From a virus (lineage: Duplodnaviria > Caudoviricetes), in the IMG/VR virus record IMGVR_UViG_3300031379_000001, positions 1 through 61,540 of that record: a stretch of 61,540 nt of DNA; one strand, given 5' to 3'. Below the pieces are notes generated by a model. It was not told the DNA's origin. It saw nothing but the letters and a program-made list of their open reading frames with translations, and did not search any database. Both the position numbers and the translations under genes were made by a program. Shown in pieces: positions 1 through 9,565 of this stretch; the first letter of the stretch is position 1; the number at the start of each line of letters is the position of its first letter.

Positions 1-108
1 CCCATGCTATATAGGGTACTATATACACCCATGCTATATAGGGTACTATATACACCCATGCTATATAGGGTACTATATACACCCATGCTATATAGGGTAC
101 TATATAGA
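1..108. repeat. 27-bp tandem repeat (CCCATGCTATATAGGGTACTATATACA), about 4 copies; continues at window end
   Basis: Unit read directly; same unit and orientation at 61352-61540. Confidence 0.95.
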
Positions 109-234
109 CAGTACTATATAGATAGTACTACATACACACACACACATACACACACCACCATAGACAGTGGTTATAATAGAGCAAGTACAGAGCGTACCTT
201 ATAGTAAAGAGTTGATATCGTTTACTATGTATAC

Positions 235-263
235 ATTATATCATTGGTTAACATATATGTCAA
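235..263 (-). promoter_or_regulatory. sigmaA-type promoter TTGACA-17-TATAAT with extended -10, pointing across the end junction
   Basis: Minus strand reads TTGACA TATATGTTAACCAATGA TATAAT. Confidence 0.75.
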
Positions 264-499
264 TACATTATCATCAATTAATATTATTGTAATATAATTA
301 CGATTATGTTACACAAAAGTAACATTTGTTTACTTTTTATAAAATTTGATTTCTTATTACATTTATGTTACATGGTGTTACTCTGGGTGACAAAAATTCT
401 GACGTTGTCGTTTTTCCGCCCCAGTCCTACCCAAAAAAAATGTGCGATATATTTTTTACCAAGTTAACGTTGTCACACTTTGTTTATACAGTAATACTC

Positions 500-622
500 T
501 AGCAAACCATAGTTTACATAGTTTACATAGTTTAAATAGCAAACCATAGCAAACCATAGTTTACATAGTTTACATAGTTTAAATAGCAAACCATAGCAAA
601 CCATAGTTTACATAGTTTAAAT
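500..622. repeat. Compound tandem array of AGCAAACCAT / AGTTTACAT / AGTTTAAAT units
   Basis: 9-10 bp units with a higher-order period of about 47 bp. Confidence 0.9.
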
Positions 623-797
623 AAGTTTATAGAGTTAATCATGGTTGGTTGATGGTCGGTTCATGGTTGGTTGATGTTTTATAAGATATAAATGATAAAG
701 TTATAAAATTATTAAAAACATTAGATATAATTAATACAACTATTTGTATATACAATATGTTAATTACTTGATATAATGTATATGAGGTGATTAATTA

Positions 798-1022
798 ATG
801 TATTTTGAGGAAGTTAACAGATCGAAGCAAAAGACTCACACAGGATTTAGGTTAACATGGGAAACATTAGAACAATTAGAAGTATTGGTAAAAAAGTATG
901 AGAAATTATTTGAAGAAAATAATATGAAAGCAAATAGGACAAGTGTATTAGAGTATTTAATACATGAAGCTTTGACAGATCAAGAAAGGTGGGAAATACG
1001 TGAACGTTTTCGACAAAGATAA
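798..1022 (+). CDS. Small DNA-binding protein, ribbon-helix-helix-like
   Basis: GAGGTG RBS; TGFRL strand followed by two helices (NRTSVLEYLI). Confidence 0.55.
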   Translation: MYFEEVNRSKQKTHTGFRLTWETLEQLEVLVKKYEKLFEENNMKANRTSVLEYLIHEALTDQERWEIRERFRQR

Positions 1023-1314
1023 TAATTTTATAACCAAGTTATCATTAGATGTAGGGTTACAGCTAAAGGTATGTGATATCTTAGAGATTAACAATAATAC
1101 ATATATTGTTGAATCTATTATTTTAAACAATGTAAACAGTCAGCACATAGTATATGTTGACACACTATTAAATCACAAATTAAAGCATCATATCTTAACA
1201 TTCACTTATGATTATTACACACCTGAGGAAATTCAGCATCATTTAGACAAAATAGGATTAGAGATAAAATTAAAGGATGATATTGAGGAAAACAGTATAA
1301 AAAAGATCATCTAG
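1000..1314 (+). CDS. Hypothetical protein
   Basis: GTG start with AGGTGG upstream; co-oriented operon. Confidence 0.6.
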   Translation: MNVFDKDNNFITKLSLDVGLQLKVCDILEINNNTYIVESIILNNVNSQHIVYVDTLLNHKLKHHILTFTYDYYTPEEIQHHLDKIGLEIKLKDDIEENSIKKII

Positions 1315-1347
1315 AATTATTTTTTTAATTGAAATGGAGTGTAATAT

Positions 1348-1557
1348 ATGTTAATTGTGATTATTATATCTTTTTTAATCGTGGTTTACCTAACATCAAT
1401 TAGTATGTATTGGAATTTAATCAAGGAATACCAGAGGTATGTAGATATAGAATATAAAACGAGTTTACTTAATCTTATAATAATGATTTTACCTATTATA
1501 AATAGTATATATTGCTTAATATTATATTTTCAAATAAAGGAGAATACAGAATTATGA
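1348..1557 (+). CDS. Small membrane protein (2 TM)
   Basis: GGAG RBS; two hydrophobic segments. Confidence 0.6.
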   Translation: MLIVIIISFLIVVYLTSISMYWNLIKEYQRYVDIEYKTSLLNLIIMILPIINSIYCLILYFQIKENTEL

Positions 1558-1946
1558 ATGTTGATAATTATAGTGACAAAAGAATATTTAAGGTTAAGTT
1601 AGATTATGACTATTTCAGATTAAATAATTTAGGTTCTAAGGTAAGAGATACCTTAGAGCAAATTGAGGAAAACCAGTCTTTTTTAATTGTCTACACATTA
1701 GACAATGAGTTAAACGAGTTAAACGAGCCACTAGGGTATTACTTGTATAACACAAGAATCATTATATCACCATTGGCGATAAAGCAAAAGAAGGAGATAA
1801 CTAAGTCACTTGTTGAGCTTATTAAGAATAGTAAATTTGATGAAGAGATAAAAATTAATACAGATGATAATTTAGGTAAATTAGACAATGATGGTGTATT
1901 AATAGTTGAAGAGGATAAGAAAAAAATTAATAGTATAACTAGATAA
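1554..1946 (+). CDS. Hypothetical protein (start likely at MNVDNY)
   Basis: AAGGAG upstream of ATG at 1554, overlapping the previous stop. Confidence 0.6.
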   Translation: MNVDNYSDKRIFKVKLDYDYFRLNNLGSKVRDTLEQIEENQSFLIVYTLDNELNELNEPLGYYLYNTRIIISPLAIKQKKEITKSLVELIKNSKFDEEIKINTDDNLGKLDNDGVLIVEEDKKKINSITR

Positions 1947-1963
1947 GAGGTGTGAATTAAAAA

Positions 1964-2293
1964 ATGGATATACTTAATGATTTAATAGATGAAGAGTTAA
2001 AAAGTGCAAATGAGAAATTTCCATTATTTCAAACTATGCATGAAGCATATGGGGTAATGCGTGAGGAATTAGAGGAAACTAATGACGAATTTAAGGATAT
2101 TAAGCAAGCAATACTAATTGAATATTGGAACTTATGTAAAAATAGCAAAAAAGAGAATACTAAATATCTTAGTGGTAAATTATTAGATTCATTAGATAAC
2201 GCTATATTACATAATTTGAGGGAATTAATACAACTTGGTGCAATGGTTAGAAAAAGTAAATTGTTAAATAAAGGAGACCAATGTGATAAATAA
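1964..2293 (+). CDS. MazG-like nucleotide pyrophosphohydrolase-fold protein
   Basis: HEAYGVMREELEE...ELIQLGAM pattern of acidic helices. Confidence 0.5.
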   Translation: MDILNDLIDEELKSANEKFPLFQTMHEAYGVMREELEETNDEFKDIKQAILIEYWNLCKNSKKENTKYLSGKLLDSLDNAILHNLRELIQLGAMVRKSKLLNKGDQCDK

Positions 2294-3116
2294 TAAGTTT
2301 AATTATTGGTTAATATTATTAATTTCTATATTTTTTGGATATTTCGGTATTGATAGATTTATAATTGGTGATTATAAGTTTGGATTAATAAAATTATTTT
2401 CTTGTGGTGGTTGTGGTATTTTATGGTTAATAGATATTATTTTATTTGCAACAAAGACAAATAATAATATTGAATATACTACAAGTAAGAATAGTAAAAT
2501 AATTGGGATATCTATATTAGGATTTTTATGTTTTTATGGTTTAATATTTAATATTTCAAAGAGTTATGTTAAAAATAATAAAAAATTATCATCAAGTATA
2601 AGTACACCAATTAAATCTACTGATAACAATAAAGTAACATCAACATCAACACCAAATATTACAATTAACCCTACACCTACAAGAACATTGACACCAGAAG
2701 AAATAAAAAAACAAAAAGAAGCAGAAGAAAAACTTGATAAATATATAAAAGAATATGAAAATACAATTACACCAAAACCAACAAAAGAAACTGAAATTAA
2801 ATATGATTCTAAAATAACTTATAATAATTTATCAAGAAATCCAGAAAAATATAAAGGTAAAGGTATAGTATTTACTGGTAAAATCATTCAAGTTATAGAA
2901 TCAGATAGTGGTAGTACTTATAGAATAGCAATAAATTCAAATTATAATAATGTAATGGTAGCATATTATTTTATAAAAAATAATGAAAATAGACTTTTAG
3001 AAAACGATATAATACGATTTAAAGGATTATATACAGGTTTATATACATATAAAACGGTTTTAGGAGCAAGTCAAACTGTACCATCAGTTATAATTAATGA
3101 TGTTAAAATTCAATAA
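2283..3116 (+). CDS. TM2-domain membrane protein with Pro/Thr linker and C-terminal OB-fold-like domain
   Basis: LLISIFFGYFGIDRF...LWLIDII TM2 signature; RNPEKYKGK...FTGKIIQV C-terminal domain. Confidence 0.7.
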   Translation: MINNKFNYWLILLISIFFGYFGIDRFIIGDYKFGLIKLFSCGGCGILWLIDIILFATKTNNNIEYTTSKNSKIIGISILGFLCFYGLIFNISKSYVKNNKKLSSSISTPIKSTDNNKVTSTSTPNITINPTPTRTLTPEEIKKQKEAEEKLDKYIKEYENTITPKPTKETEIKYDSKITYNNLSRNPEKYKGKGIVFTGKIIQVIESDSGSTYRIAINSNYNNVMVAYYFIKNNENRLLENDIIRFKGLYTGLYTYKTVLGASQTVPSVIINDVKIQ

Positions 3117-3343
3117 TCTTATTGATATTAACAATTAAACATAGTATAATAGATAAGCAAGTATAGTCTACTTTTTTTAATTGTTATATTTAGTAATTAC
3201 CAATAAACCTATATAATATATCTTAATAATAAAACATTATAAGTACTTTCAAATTATAAGATATTTAAAATAAATTTCATGGTTAGTGATATAATAATAT
3301 ATAGTGATAATTAGTACTTTTAACTAATTATTTTCCCTTAATG

Positions 3344-3370
3344 AAAATAAGACATATGTCTTATTTTTTT
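3344..3370 (+). terminator. Intrinsic terminator
   Basis: AAAATAAGACAT/ATGTCTTATTTT inverted repeat followed by T run. Confidence 0.65.
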
Positions 3371-3566
3371 ATGATATTAATTATTTTATAGATAAATAAA
3401 TTTACTATTGATTTGTAATAATAAATTTATTATAATATATTAATGTAAAGCTTATAAGGCTAAGGATTGGGATAAATGGATAAATTTGATTACTAAATAA
3501 TGTTTCAAAGTTTCAAAAATTAACCCTTTTTTAAATTGTTTTTGTAAATAAATATACCAATATGTT

Positions 3567-3597
3567 AAAGCTATGATAGAGATATCATAGCTTTTTA
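3567..3597 (+). terminator. Intrinsic terminator
   Basis: AAAGCTATGATA-GAGA-TATCATAGCTTT plus Ts. Confidence 0.7.
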
Positions 3598-3700
3598 CTT
3601 TAGTTTTAAATATTTTTAATTTAGTTTATTTTCTAATAGGATTATTGAATCTTAATACAACATAGTGATAAAATGGTATTATACATAAGGAGGTATAGAT

Positions 3701-4000
3701 ATGAATAACAGTGAATTAAACAGTGAACTTAACAGTGAATTAAATAATGTAACAAATATTGAAACTATTAAATTAGAGGATTTAACTATATATTTACATA
3801 ATAATAATAAAATAAGTACGAATAATTATTTTATGTCTGTATTATCACTTAATATTTTTAATCATCCATTAAACACATCATGTATTGAGGTAGCAAGAAC
3901 TAAATGTATACAGCATCTTGAGCGATTATTACGTATAAGCATTAATAAATATCATGATAATCTAGTTATAATTAATAATATGTTAAAGAAAACTAATTAA
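3701..4000 (+). CDS. Hypothetical protein with N-terminal NSEL x3
   Basis: AAGGAGG RBS; upstream TTGAAT...TGATAAAAT promoter-like sequence. Confidence 0.7.
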   Translation: MNNSELNSELNSELNNVTNIETIKLEDLTIYLHNNNKISTNNYFMSVLSLNIFNHPLNTSCIEVARTKCIQHLERLLRISINKYHDNLVIINNMLKKTN

Positions 4001-4025
4001 CAAAAAGAAAGGAGTTGTTTTTTAA

Positions 4026-4712
4026 TTGGATAAGAAGAATATTAATGATCATAGTTATTACAGGGTAAGAATTCATAGGGCGAAGTGTCCTATATGTAGT
4101 TTTACCAGTAAGATAAAAGAATTTACTAATAAGAAGATACTTAGAGGTGATTCTATTGAATCTATAACAGACTATATTTTAAAAAAGCATCCAATATATG
4201 ATGAAGATGATAGAGAGAATTTTAATTTTATTATTAGATCACATGCTGAATATTTGGAATTATTATTAGAAGATATTTTGACTAAATCAATGTTTAAATC
4301 AATTAGAGAATCTTTGAAAGATGTAGATTTAGATGATTTAAAAATGAATGATAAGGTTAAACTTATTAAAAAGGTAGAAGAGGATATGTTAATAGAGTCT
4401 GATAATTTAGATGATGAAAAATTATCTATATCTAAGGCTTTACTTAACGATACTTTACCTCTTTTAATTGGTCGGTTCAATAAAGAGATTAAACAAGGTG
4501 GTCCACAGGGTATTAGATTATTATCTAATTCTTTAAGTATGACTTTAGATTCTATAACTGAATTGAATAAGAAACCTAAAGATACTTCTAAAACAAAAGA
4601 GGAAGATAAAGAGGTTGATGAAATGGAGTTGTTAGAAATTGACTCAAGTAGAAAAGAAAAAATTGTATCCTTATCCGACAGAATACAACAAGCAGTGGGA
4701 ACTAGAAACTAA
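4026..4712 (+). CDS. Putative terminase small subunit
   Basis: Directly upstream of and overlapping terL; N-terminal CxxC; helical; call is positional. Confidence 0.55.
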   Translation: MDKKNINDHSYYRVRIHRAKCPICSFTSKIKEFTNKKILRGDSIESITDYILKKHPIYDEDDRENFNFIIRSHAEYLELLLEDILTKSMFKSIRESLKDVDLDDLKMNDKVKLIKKVEEDMLIESDNLDDEKLSISKALLNDTLPLLIGRFNKEIKQGGPQGIRLLSNSLSMTLDSITELNKKPKDTSKTKEEDKEVDEMELLEIDSSRKEKIVSLSDRIQQAVGTRN

Positions 4713-6177
4713 TGCAGTTAGAGATATATTTTGGAACGCTAGTAAATCAGAGCGTAGACAATACGCTCTTTCAAATCCTTGTATATTTGGAGAACAATAT
4801 ATAAAACCTTATATCAGATTATGGAATACTAATACAGCAAAGCATCAGTATTATATGTTATATGAAGCGTTAACATATAATTCCATAATTATCCATGTAC
4901 CTATAGAACATGCTAAGAGTACTTGGTTCAGCTTAGTTCTTCCTTTGTGGTTTTTAATTAATGATCGTAATACACATGGTGCGATTATTTCAAATACTGC
5001 TACACAGGCATATGGTTTTTTATCTGCTATTAAATGGCATATTGAGTATAATGAGCGTTTAAATAAAGATTTTCCTGAATTAATGCCAGATTATAAATCT
5101 AAATGGTCTGAATCTGAGATAATGGTTGTTCGTGATAAAGATAAGCAATCTAAGGATTCATCTATTGTGGCTAAAGGTACTGGAAATGCCATATTAGGTG
5201 CTAGATTTGAATGGGTTATAGCAGATGATATATGTGATTTAGATAATACAGCTAGTGAAGCACAAAGAAATAAGACATTTAATTGGTGGAATGAAATAGT
5301 TGATTCAAGGGTAATTGAGGGTGGACGTAAAATTATACTTGGTACACTACAGCATAATAAAGACCTTTTATGTACTTTATCAGATAATGATACTTATAAA
5401 TATATAAATTTAAAAGGTTTAGATAAAGTAAATAATATTCCGCTATGGGAAGAGAAATGGTCGGTTAAAAGACTTTTAGACAAGAAAAAAGCAATAGGTA
5501 CTTTAGCATGGAATAAGACAATACAGAATGATAGAACATCAACTCAGAATAAAACATTAAATGCTGATTGGTTAAATTATTATGGTGAAACTGAACAATA
5601 TAATTTTAATATGTTTTCAGAAGATGTACAATGTTATATTGGGGTTGACCCTGCTATAGCAGATGATAGAGAGACAGCAGAGAAAAAAAGACTAGATAAA
5701 TTTGCTTTAGCTGTTGTAGGTTTTGATAAAATATCAAAACTAATGTTTTTATGGGAATATTACACAGGTTATTTAACATTTCCAGAGCAATTAAAGATCA
5801 TAGAGAAATATTATCTTAAGTATCAAGATAGTGGTGGAAATGTTAAGAAAATAGGAATAGAATTAGCAGCTTATCAAAAGGCATTGGCTCAATCGGCTTT
5901 TTTATTAGAATCATTACCACCAATTGAGGGCATAAAAACTGGGGGTAGTTCAAAGGCTGCTAAGATAGAATCTTTTGGTGTTTATTCGGAAACAAAAAGA
6001 TTTTGGATAAAAAGGTCACATGATGATTTTATAGATGAATTTATTGAATTTGAGCCGGGCGGTAAATCTCCAAATATTCTTGATGCTTGTACTGTATGTG
6101 TTGCAATGATAAAAGGTTGTGGCTCAGTATCAGATATTAATGTTTTTAAACGTCCAAGAATACATAATGTATGGTGA
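4639..6177 (+). CDS. terL: Terminase large subunit
   Basis: Deviant Walker A (VPIEHAKST), Walker B (WVIADD), LGT motif, nuclease YIGVDPA, C-terminal ILDA. Confidence 0.9.
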   Translation: MTQVEKKKLYPYPTEYNKQWELETNAVRDIFWNASKSERRQYALSNPCIFGEQYIKPYIRLWNTNTAKHQYYMLYEALTYNSIIIHVPIEHAKSTWFSLVLPLWFLINDRNTHGAIISNTATQAYGFLSAIKWHIEYNERLNKDFPELMPDYKSKWSESEIMVVRDKDKQSKDSSIVAKGTGNAILGARFEWVIADDICDLDNTASEAQRNKTFNWWNEIVDSRVIEGGRKIILGTLQHNKDLLCTLSDNDTYKYINLKGLDKVNNIPLWEEKWSVKRLLDKKKAIGTLAWNKTIQNDRTSTQNKTLNADWLNYYGETEQYNFNMFSEDVQCYIGVDPAIADDRETAEKKRLDKFALAVVGFDKISKLMFLWEYYTGYLTFPEQLKIIEKYYLKYQDSGGNVKKIGIELAAYQKALAQSAFLLESLPPIEGIKTGGSSKAAKIESFGVYSETKRFWIKRSHDDFIDEFIEFEPGGKSPNILDACTVCVAMIKGCGSVSDINVFKRPRIHNVW

Positions 6178-6181
6178 TAAT

Positions 6182-6379
6182 ATGAGAACATTTAATAAAG
6201 AGGGTACTATCTATGGTGTATATAATGGTTATTGGGTAGATACTGAATTAGGTGATGATTTAAATGGTAATGGTACTTTTGAAAAACCATTTAAATCATT
6301 AGATAAAATATTAGAATTATTACATGAATTGGCAAATATACATAATGAAATTAAAGATATATTAAAAGATATTGATTAG
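6182..6379 (+). CDS. Small protein with isolated beta-helix N-cap-like motif (WVDTELGDDLNGNGTFEKPFKSL)
   Basis: Motif resembles the N-terminal segment of pectin-lyase-fold proteins; start after the terL stop. Confidence 0.45.
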   Translation: MRTFNKEGTIYGVYNGYWVDTELGDDLNGNGTFEKPFKSLDKILELLHELANIHNEIKDILKDID

Positions 6380-6599
6380 AGAAAGGAAGTATAAAATGAT
6401 TGTATTTAAAACTAAAATGAAAGAGTTACCTAAGTCTTGTAATGATTGTGAATTATTCGATAAGATGTGTAAATTGTCGTTTAAAACATTGAGATATAAG
6501 AAAGAAAGATATAAATATTGTCCATTATTAGTAATGTTAGAACCAAAAGTTACATTAGATAACACATATAATGAAAATGAGAATTGGAATGATGATTAA
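6372..6599 (+). CDS. Cys-rich hypothetical phage protein
   Basis: ELPKSCNDC...C...CPL pattern; start may be 6395 after AAGGAAG. Confidence 0.6.
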   Translation: MIRERKYKMIVFKTKMKELPKSCNDCELFDKMCKLSFKTLRYKKERYKYCPLLVMLEPKVTLDNTYNENENWNDD

Positions 6600-6641
6600 A
6601 TAAAGAATAAAATAATAAATTATAAGGAGTAAAATAATAAA

Positions 6642-6881
6642 ATGAACTTACAAAAAGCTTTAGATATTATAGACACAGGTGAGAAATTACTCAAAATAGA
6701 TGATATAATTAATAGTATTCAATATATCGACAAAAACAAGAACTTAACTAATATATTACAAGAAGCAAAAAACGATATTATTATTGAAATGTTCAATCTT
6801 TATCAAAAAAAGTATAATATAAATACTAAGAGTAAAAGTAAAGCTAAAAGTGCTAATACCAATAGTACTAGATATCCATGA
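6642..6881 (+). CDS. Hypothetical protein
   Basis: AAGGAG RBS, ATG. Confidence 0.6.
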   Translation: MNLQKALDIIDTGEKLLKIDDIINSIQYIDKNKNLTNILQEAKNDIIIEMFNLYQKKYNINTKSKSKAKSANTNSTRYP

Positions 6882-7069
6882 TAATAATATACTTTAAAGT
6901 AGTATACTCGTAAGTATAATATTTGTAAGAATAATTAATATACTTATGAGTTTGCAAATTATAAGTATATTCTATATTAAACAATAATTGATAATGATTG
7001 ATAATATTCGATAATATTTAATGATAATTGGTAATGTATAAATCAATAAATGCAGAAAGGAGTATTTTG

Positions 7070-8794
7070 ATGACAAGACGTAGAGAATTGGGTTCAACAG
7101 GTAGGTCTAGCCGATCAATGTATCAATATACATTAGATACTGACGAATATTTATCATCATTAAAGCACCCTTCTAATATTCCTATATATGAAAGAATGGG
7201 AAGATCAGATTCACAGATAAAAGCAATTTTATTAATGTTAGAACTTCCTATAAGATCGACACAATGGTTTATTAAATCTTGTGATAATTCAGATAAAGCA
7301 AAAGAGATATCTAATTTTGTAAATGATTGTTTATTTGGTGATTATCCGAATGGTATTTTAAATGGTTTTGATGAATTTTTAAAAAACATATGTACTATGT
7401 TTCAATTTGGACATTCAATATTTGAAAAAGTATTTGAAGTAAAACAAGGTAAACTTAAATGGAAAAAATTCGCTGTTAGACCACAATCAACTATTTATGA
7501 TTTTTTATATGATAGTGTTGGTGATGTTAAAGGTATAACACAAACTTTAGTCAATCAAGGATTTAAAACAATAGATATAGGAATAAATAAGCTTTTGATA
7601 TTTACTCATGATAAACAGCAAGGAAATATTGAAGGTATATCGGCTCTAAGATCGGCTTATAAACATTGGTCAATAAAAGATTTTCTATATAAGATTTTAA
7701 ATGTAGGTGTTGAGCGTAATTTAGTTGGAACACCTGTTTTAAATTTACCAGAAAATTATACTCAAAATGATTTTAATTTAGCTAAAGAGATAGTTACAGA
7801 TTTAAGGTCTTCTGAATTTGGCGGTGTAACAATGCCAAATGATTTTGTATTAGAAATGTTTGAGGGTAAGAGGACATTAATAGATGTATTACCATATATA
7901 GAATATCAAGATAGACTTATTTCAAAATCAATATTAGCTCAATTTATGGATTTAGGTTCTAATAGTGGAAGTTTTGCTTTATCTTATGATCAATCACAAA
8001 TGTTTCTTATGATGCTAGAAGCAGCAGCAAAAAATATTTGTAATATTGTAAATTCACATGCTATACCTGAATTAGTAAATCATAACTTTTCTTCTGACTT
8101 ATACCCTAAGTTAACATTTAAACCTTTAAATTCTGGAAGATTAATAAATGTACTTAAAACATTAACAGATGGTGGATTAGTTGTACCAGATGAAGATTTA
8201 GAGAATTGGGTTAGAGATATGTTAGACCTTCCAGATAAAAAAGAGGAAGAAGATGAAATGTATAATCCAATGGAAAATCCAGATCAAAACATAGACGGAA
8301 ATCCAGATAGTGAAGCTAATGAGGAAAAAGCAGAAGATGATATTAAATCGGATGATGAAAAAGGTTCTACAGACAATGAAAATATAGCTAATAATGCTAC
8401 TTATAAAAATAGAATTAAAGACAATAACTTAAATAATACTAAGAAAATGAGTGAAAATTATAATATGAATTTATTTAAATGTAAGAATATTAAAGATATT
8501 ATGTTAAAGCAATTACATGATATGAATGAGAAAGTAATTAAACTTGAGACTTCTAAGTGGTGTACTATTAAACCTAGATATATAAAAGAATTAACTGAAA
8601 GTATATTTGATTATATGAAACATATTAAGTTAGATGAATCAAATAATTTATATCTTAGAGCATCATTAAAAGCATCAGATGTTACTAATAAATTAAAAAA
8701 TAATTTTTTAAATCAACAATTAAATAATGAAAATTGTATAATGAATTTTGAATTAATTGTCGATAATGTAATTAGAATATCAAATAGGTATTAA
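7070..8794 (+). CDS. Portal protein (Mu gp29/DUF935-like) with acidic linker and C-terminal extension
   Basis: FGHSIFEKV, GISALRSAYKHW, ISKSILAQF motifs; position after terminase; AAAGGAG RBS favours start near 7070. Confidence 0.85.
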   Translation: MTRRRELGSTGRSSRSMYQYTLDTDEYLSSLKHPSNIPIYERMGRSDSQIKAILLMLELPIRSTQWFIKSCDNSDKAKEISNFVNDCLFGDYPNGILNGFDEFLKNICTMFQFGHSIFEKVFEVKQGKLKWKKFAVRPQSTIYDFLYDSVGDVKGITQTLVNQGFKTIDIGINKLLIFTHDKQQGNIEGISALRSAYKHWSIKDFLYKILNVGVERNLVGTPVLNLPENYTQNDFNLAKEIVTDLRSSEFGGVTMPNDFVLEMFEGKRTLIDVLPYIEYQDRLISKSILAQFMDLGSNSGSFALSYDQSQMFLMMLEAAAKNICNIVNSHAIPELVNHNFSSDLYPKLTFKPLNSGRLINVLKTLTDGGLVVPDEDLENWVRDMLDLPDKKEEEDEMYNPMENPDQNIDGNPDSEANEEKAEDDIKSDDEKGSTDNENIANNATYKNRIKDNNLNNTKKMSENYNMNLFKCKNIKDIMLKQLHDMNEKVIKLETSKWCTIKPRYIKELTESIFDYMKHIKLDESNNLYLRASLKASDVTNKLKNNFLNQQLNNENCIMNFELIVDNVIRISNRY

Positions 8795-8811
8795 CGCTAG
8801 GGTATTAAATA

Positions 8812-8840
8812 TTGACGATAAGGTAATTTATTAGTATAAT
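8812..8840 (+). promoter_or_regulatory. sigmaA-type promoter upstream of head operon
   Basis: TTGACG-17-TATAAT. Confidence 0.7.
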
Positions 8841-9039
8841 TATTAAATAATAAAGTTATTTAAATGTCATAAAAAAGCTGATACACAAAGTACAGTATAT
8901 GAGTTTAAATAATGAGTACTTGTCTAATAAATAATACTATTAAGGTATTATATCGAATAAATATTATTACTCAATTTATAAATTAATAAATATATAAGAT
9001 TATTATTAATGTATTTTAATAATAAGAAAGGAGTAATAA

Positions 9040-9561
9040 ATGAACGTTGTTAGAAGAATAGACGGATATTATTCACGTTCTATTTGTGGAAGTTCATTAG
9101 CATCTATTACAAGACCAGATGATACTACACAATATACGGTTGGTGATGTTGTCGGTACTAGTCCAGCTACTAATATAGAGTTTGAAAATATATTACCAAC
9201 TGGTGTTAATGATGGACATTTTTATATAACTGATGCTAAGTTAGAAATTGAAAAATCGGCAGTACCAGCGAATATGAGTAGTTTTACATTACATTTATTT
9301 AGTGAAGCACCGACAGCAATAGCCGATAATTCAGCATGGACATTATTATTAGCTGATGGTGGTAAATATTTAGGTTCAATTGATTTCAATACACCAGAAG
9401 ATTTGGGAACAACATTAATTATGTGGGTTGAGAATATTAATATAAAACGTAAATTAGCCACAGATTCTACATCTATATATGGTCAATTAGTAACTAATGG
9501 TGATTTTACACCAGCAGCAGAGGATGTATTTAATATTCAATTAGAAACAGTAGGAGCGTGA
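9040..9561 (+). CDS. Putative virion-associated beta-rich protein
   Basis: AAAGGAG RBS; Thr/Asp/Gly-rich; within head module. Confidence 0.55.
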   Translation: MNVVRRIDGYYSRSICGSSLASITRPDDTTQYTVGDVVGTSPATNIEFENILPTGVNDGHFYITDAKLEIEKSAVPANMSSFTLHLFSEAPTAIADNSAWTLLLADGGKYLGSIDFNTPEDLGTTLIMWVENINIKRKLATDSTSIYGQLVTNGDFTPAAEDVFNIQLETVGA

Positions 9562-9565
9562 TAAA

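Noticed and set aside
4-204. ORF with MLYRVLYTP repeats (and 61323-61520 on the minus strand)
   Set aside because: Translation of the 27-bp tandem repeat; no RBS; probably non-coding
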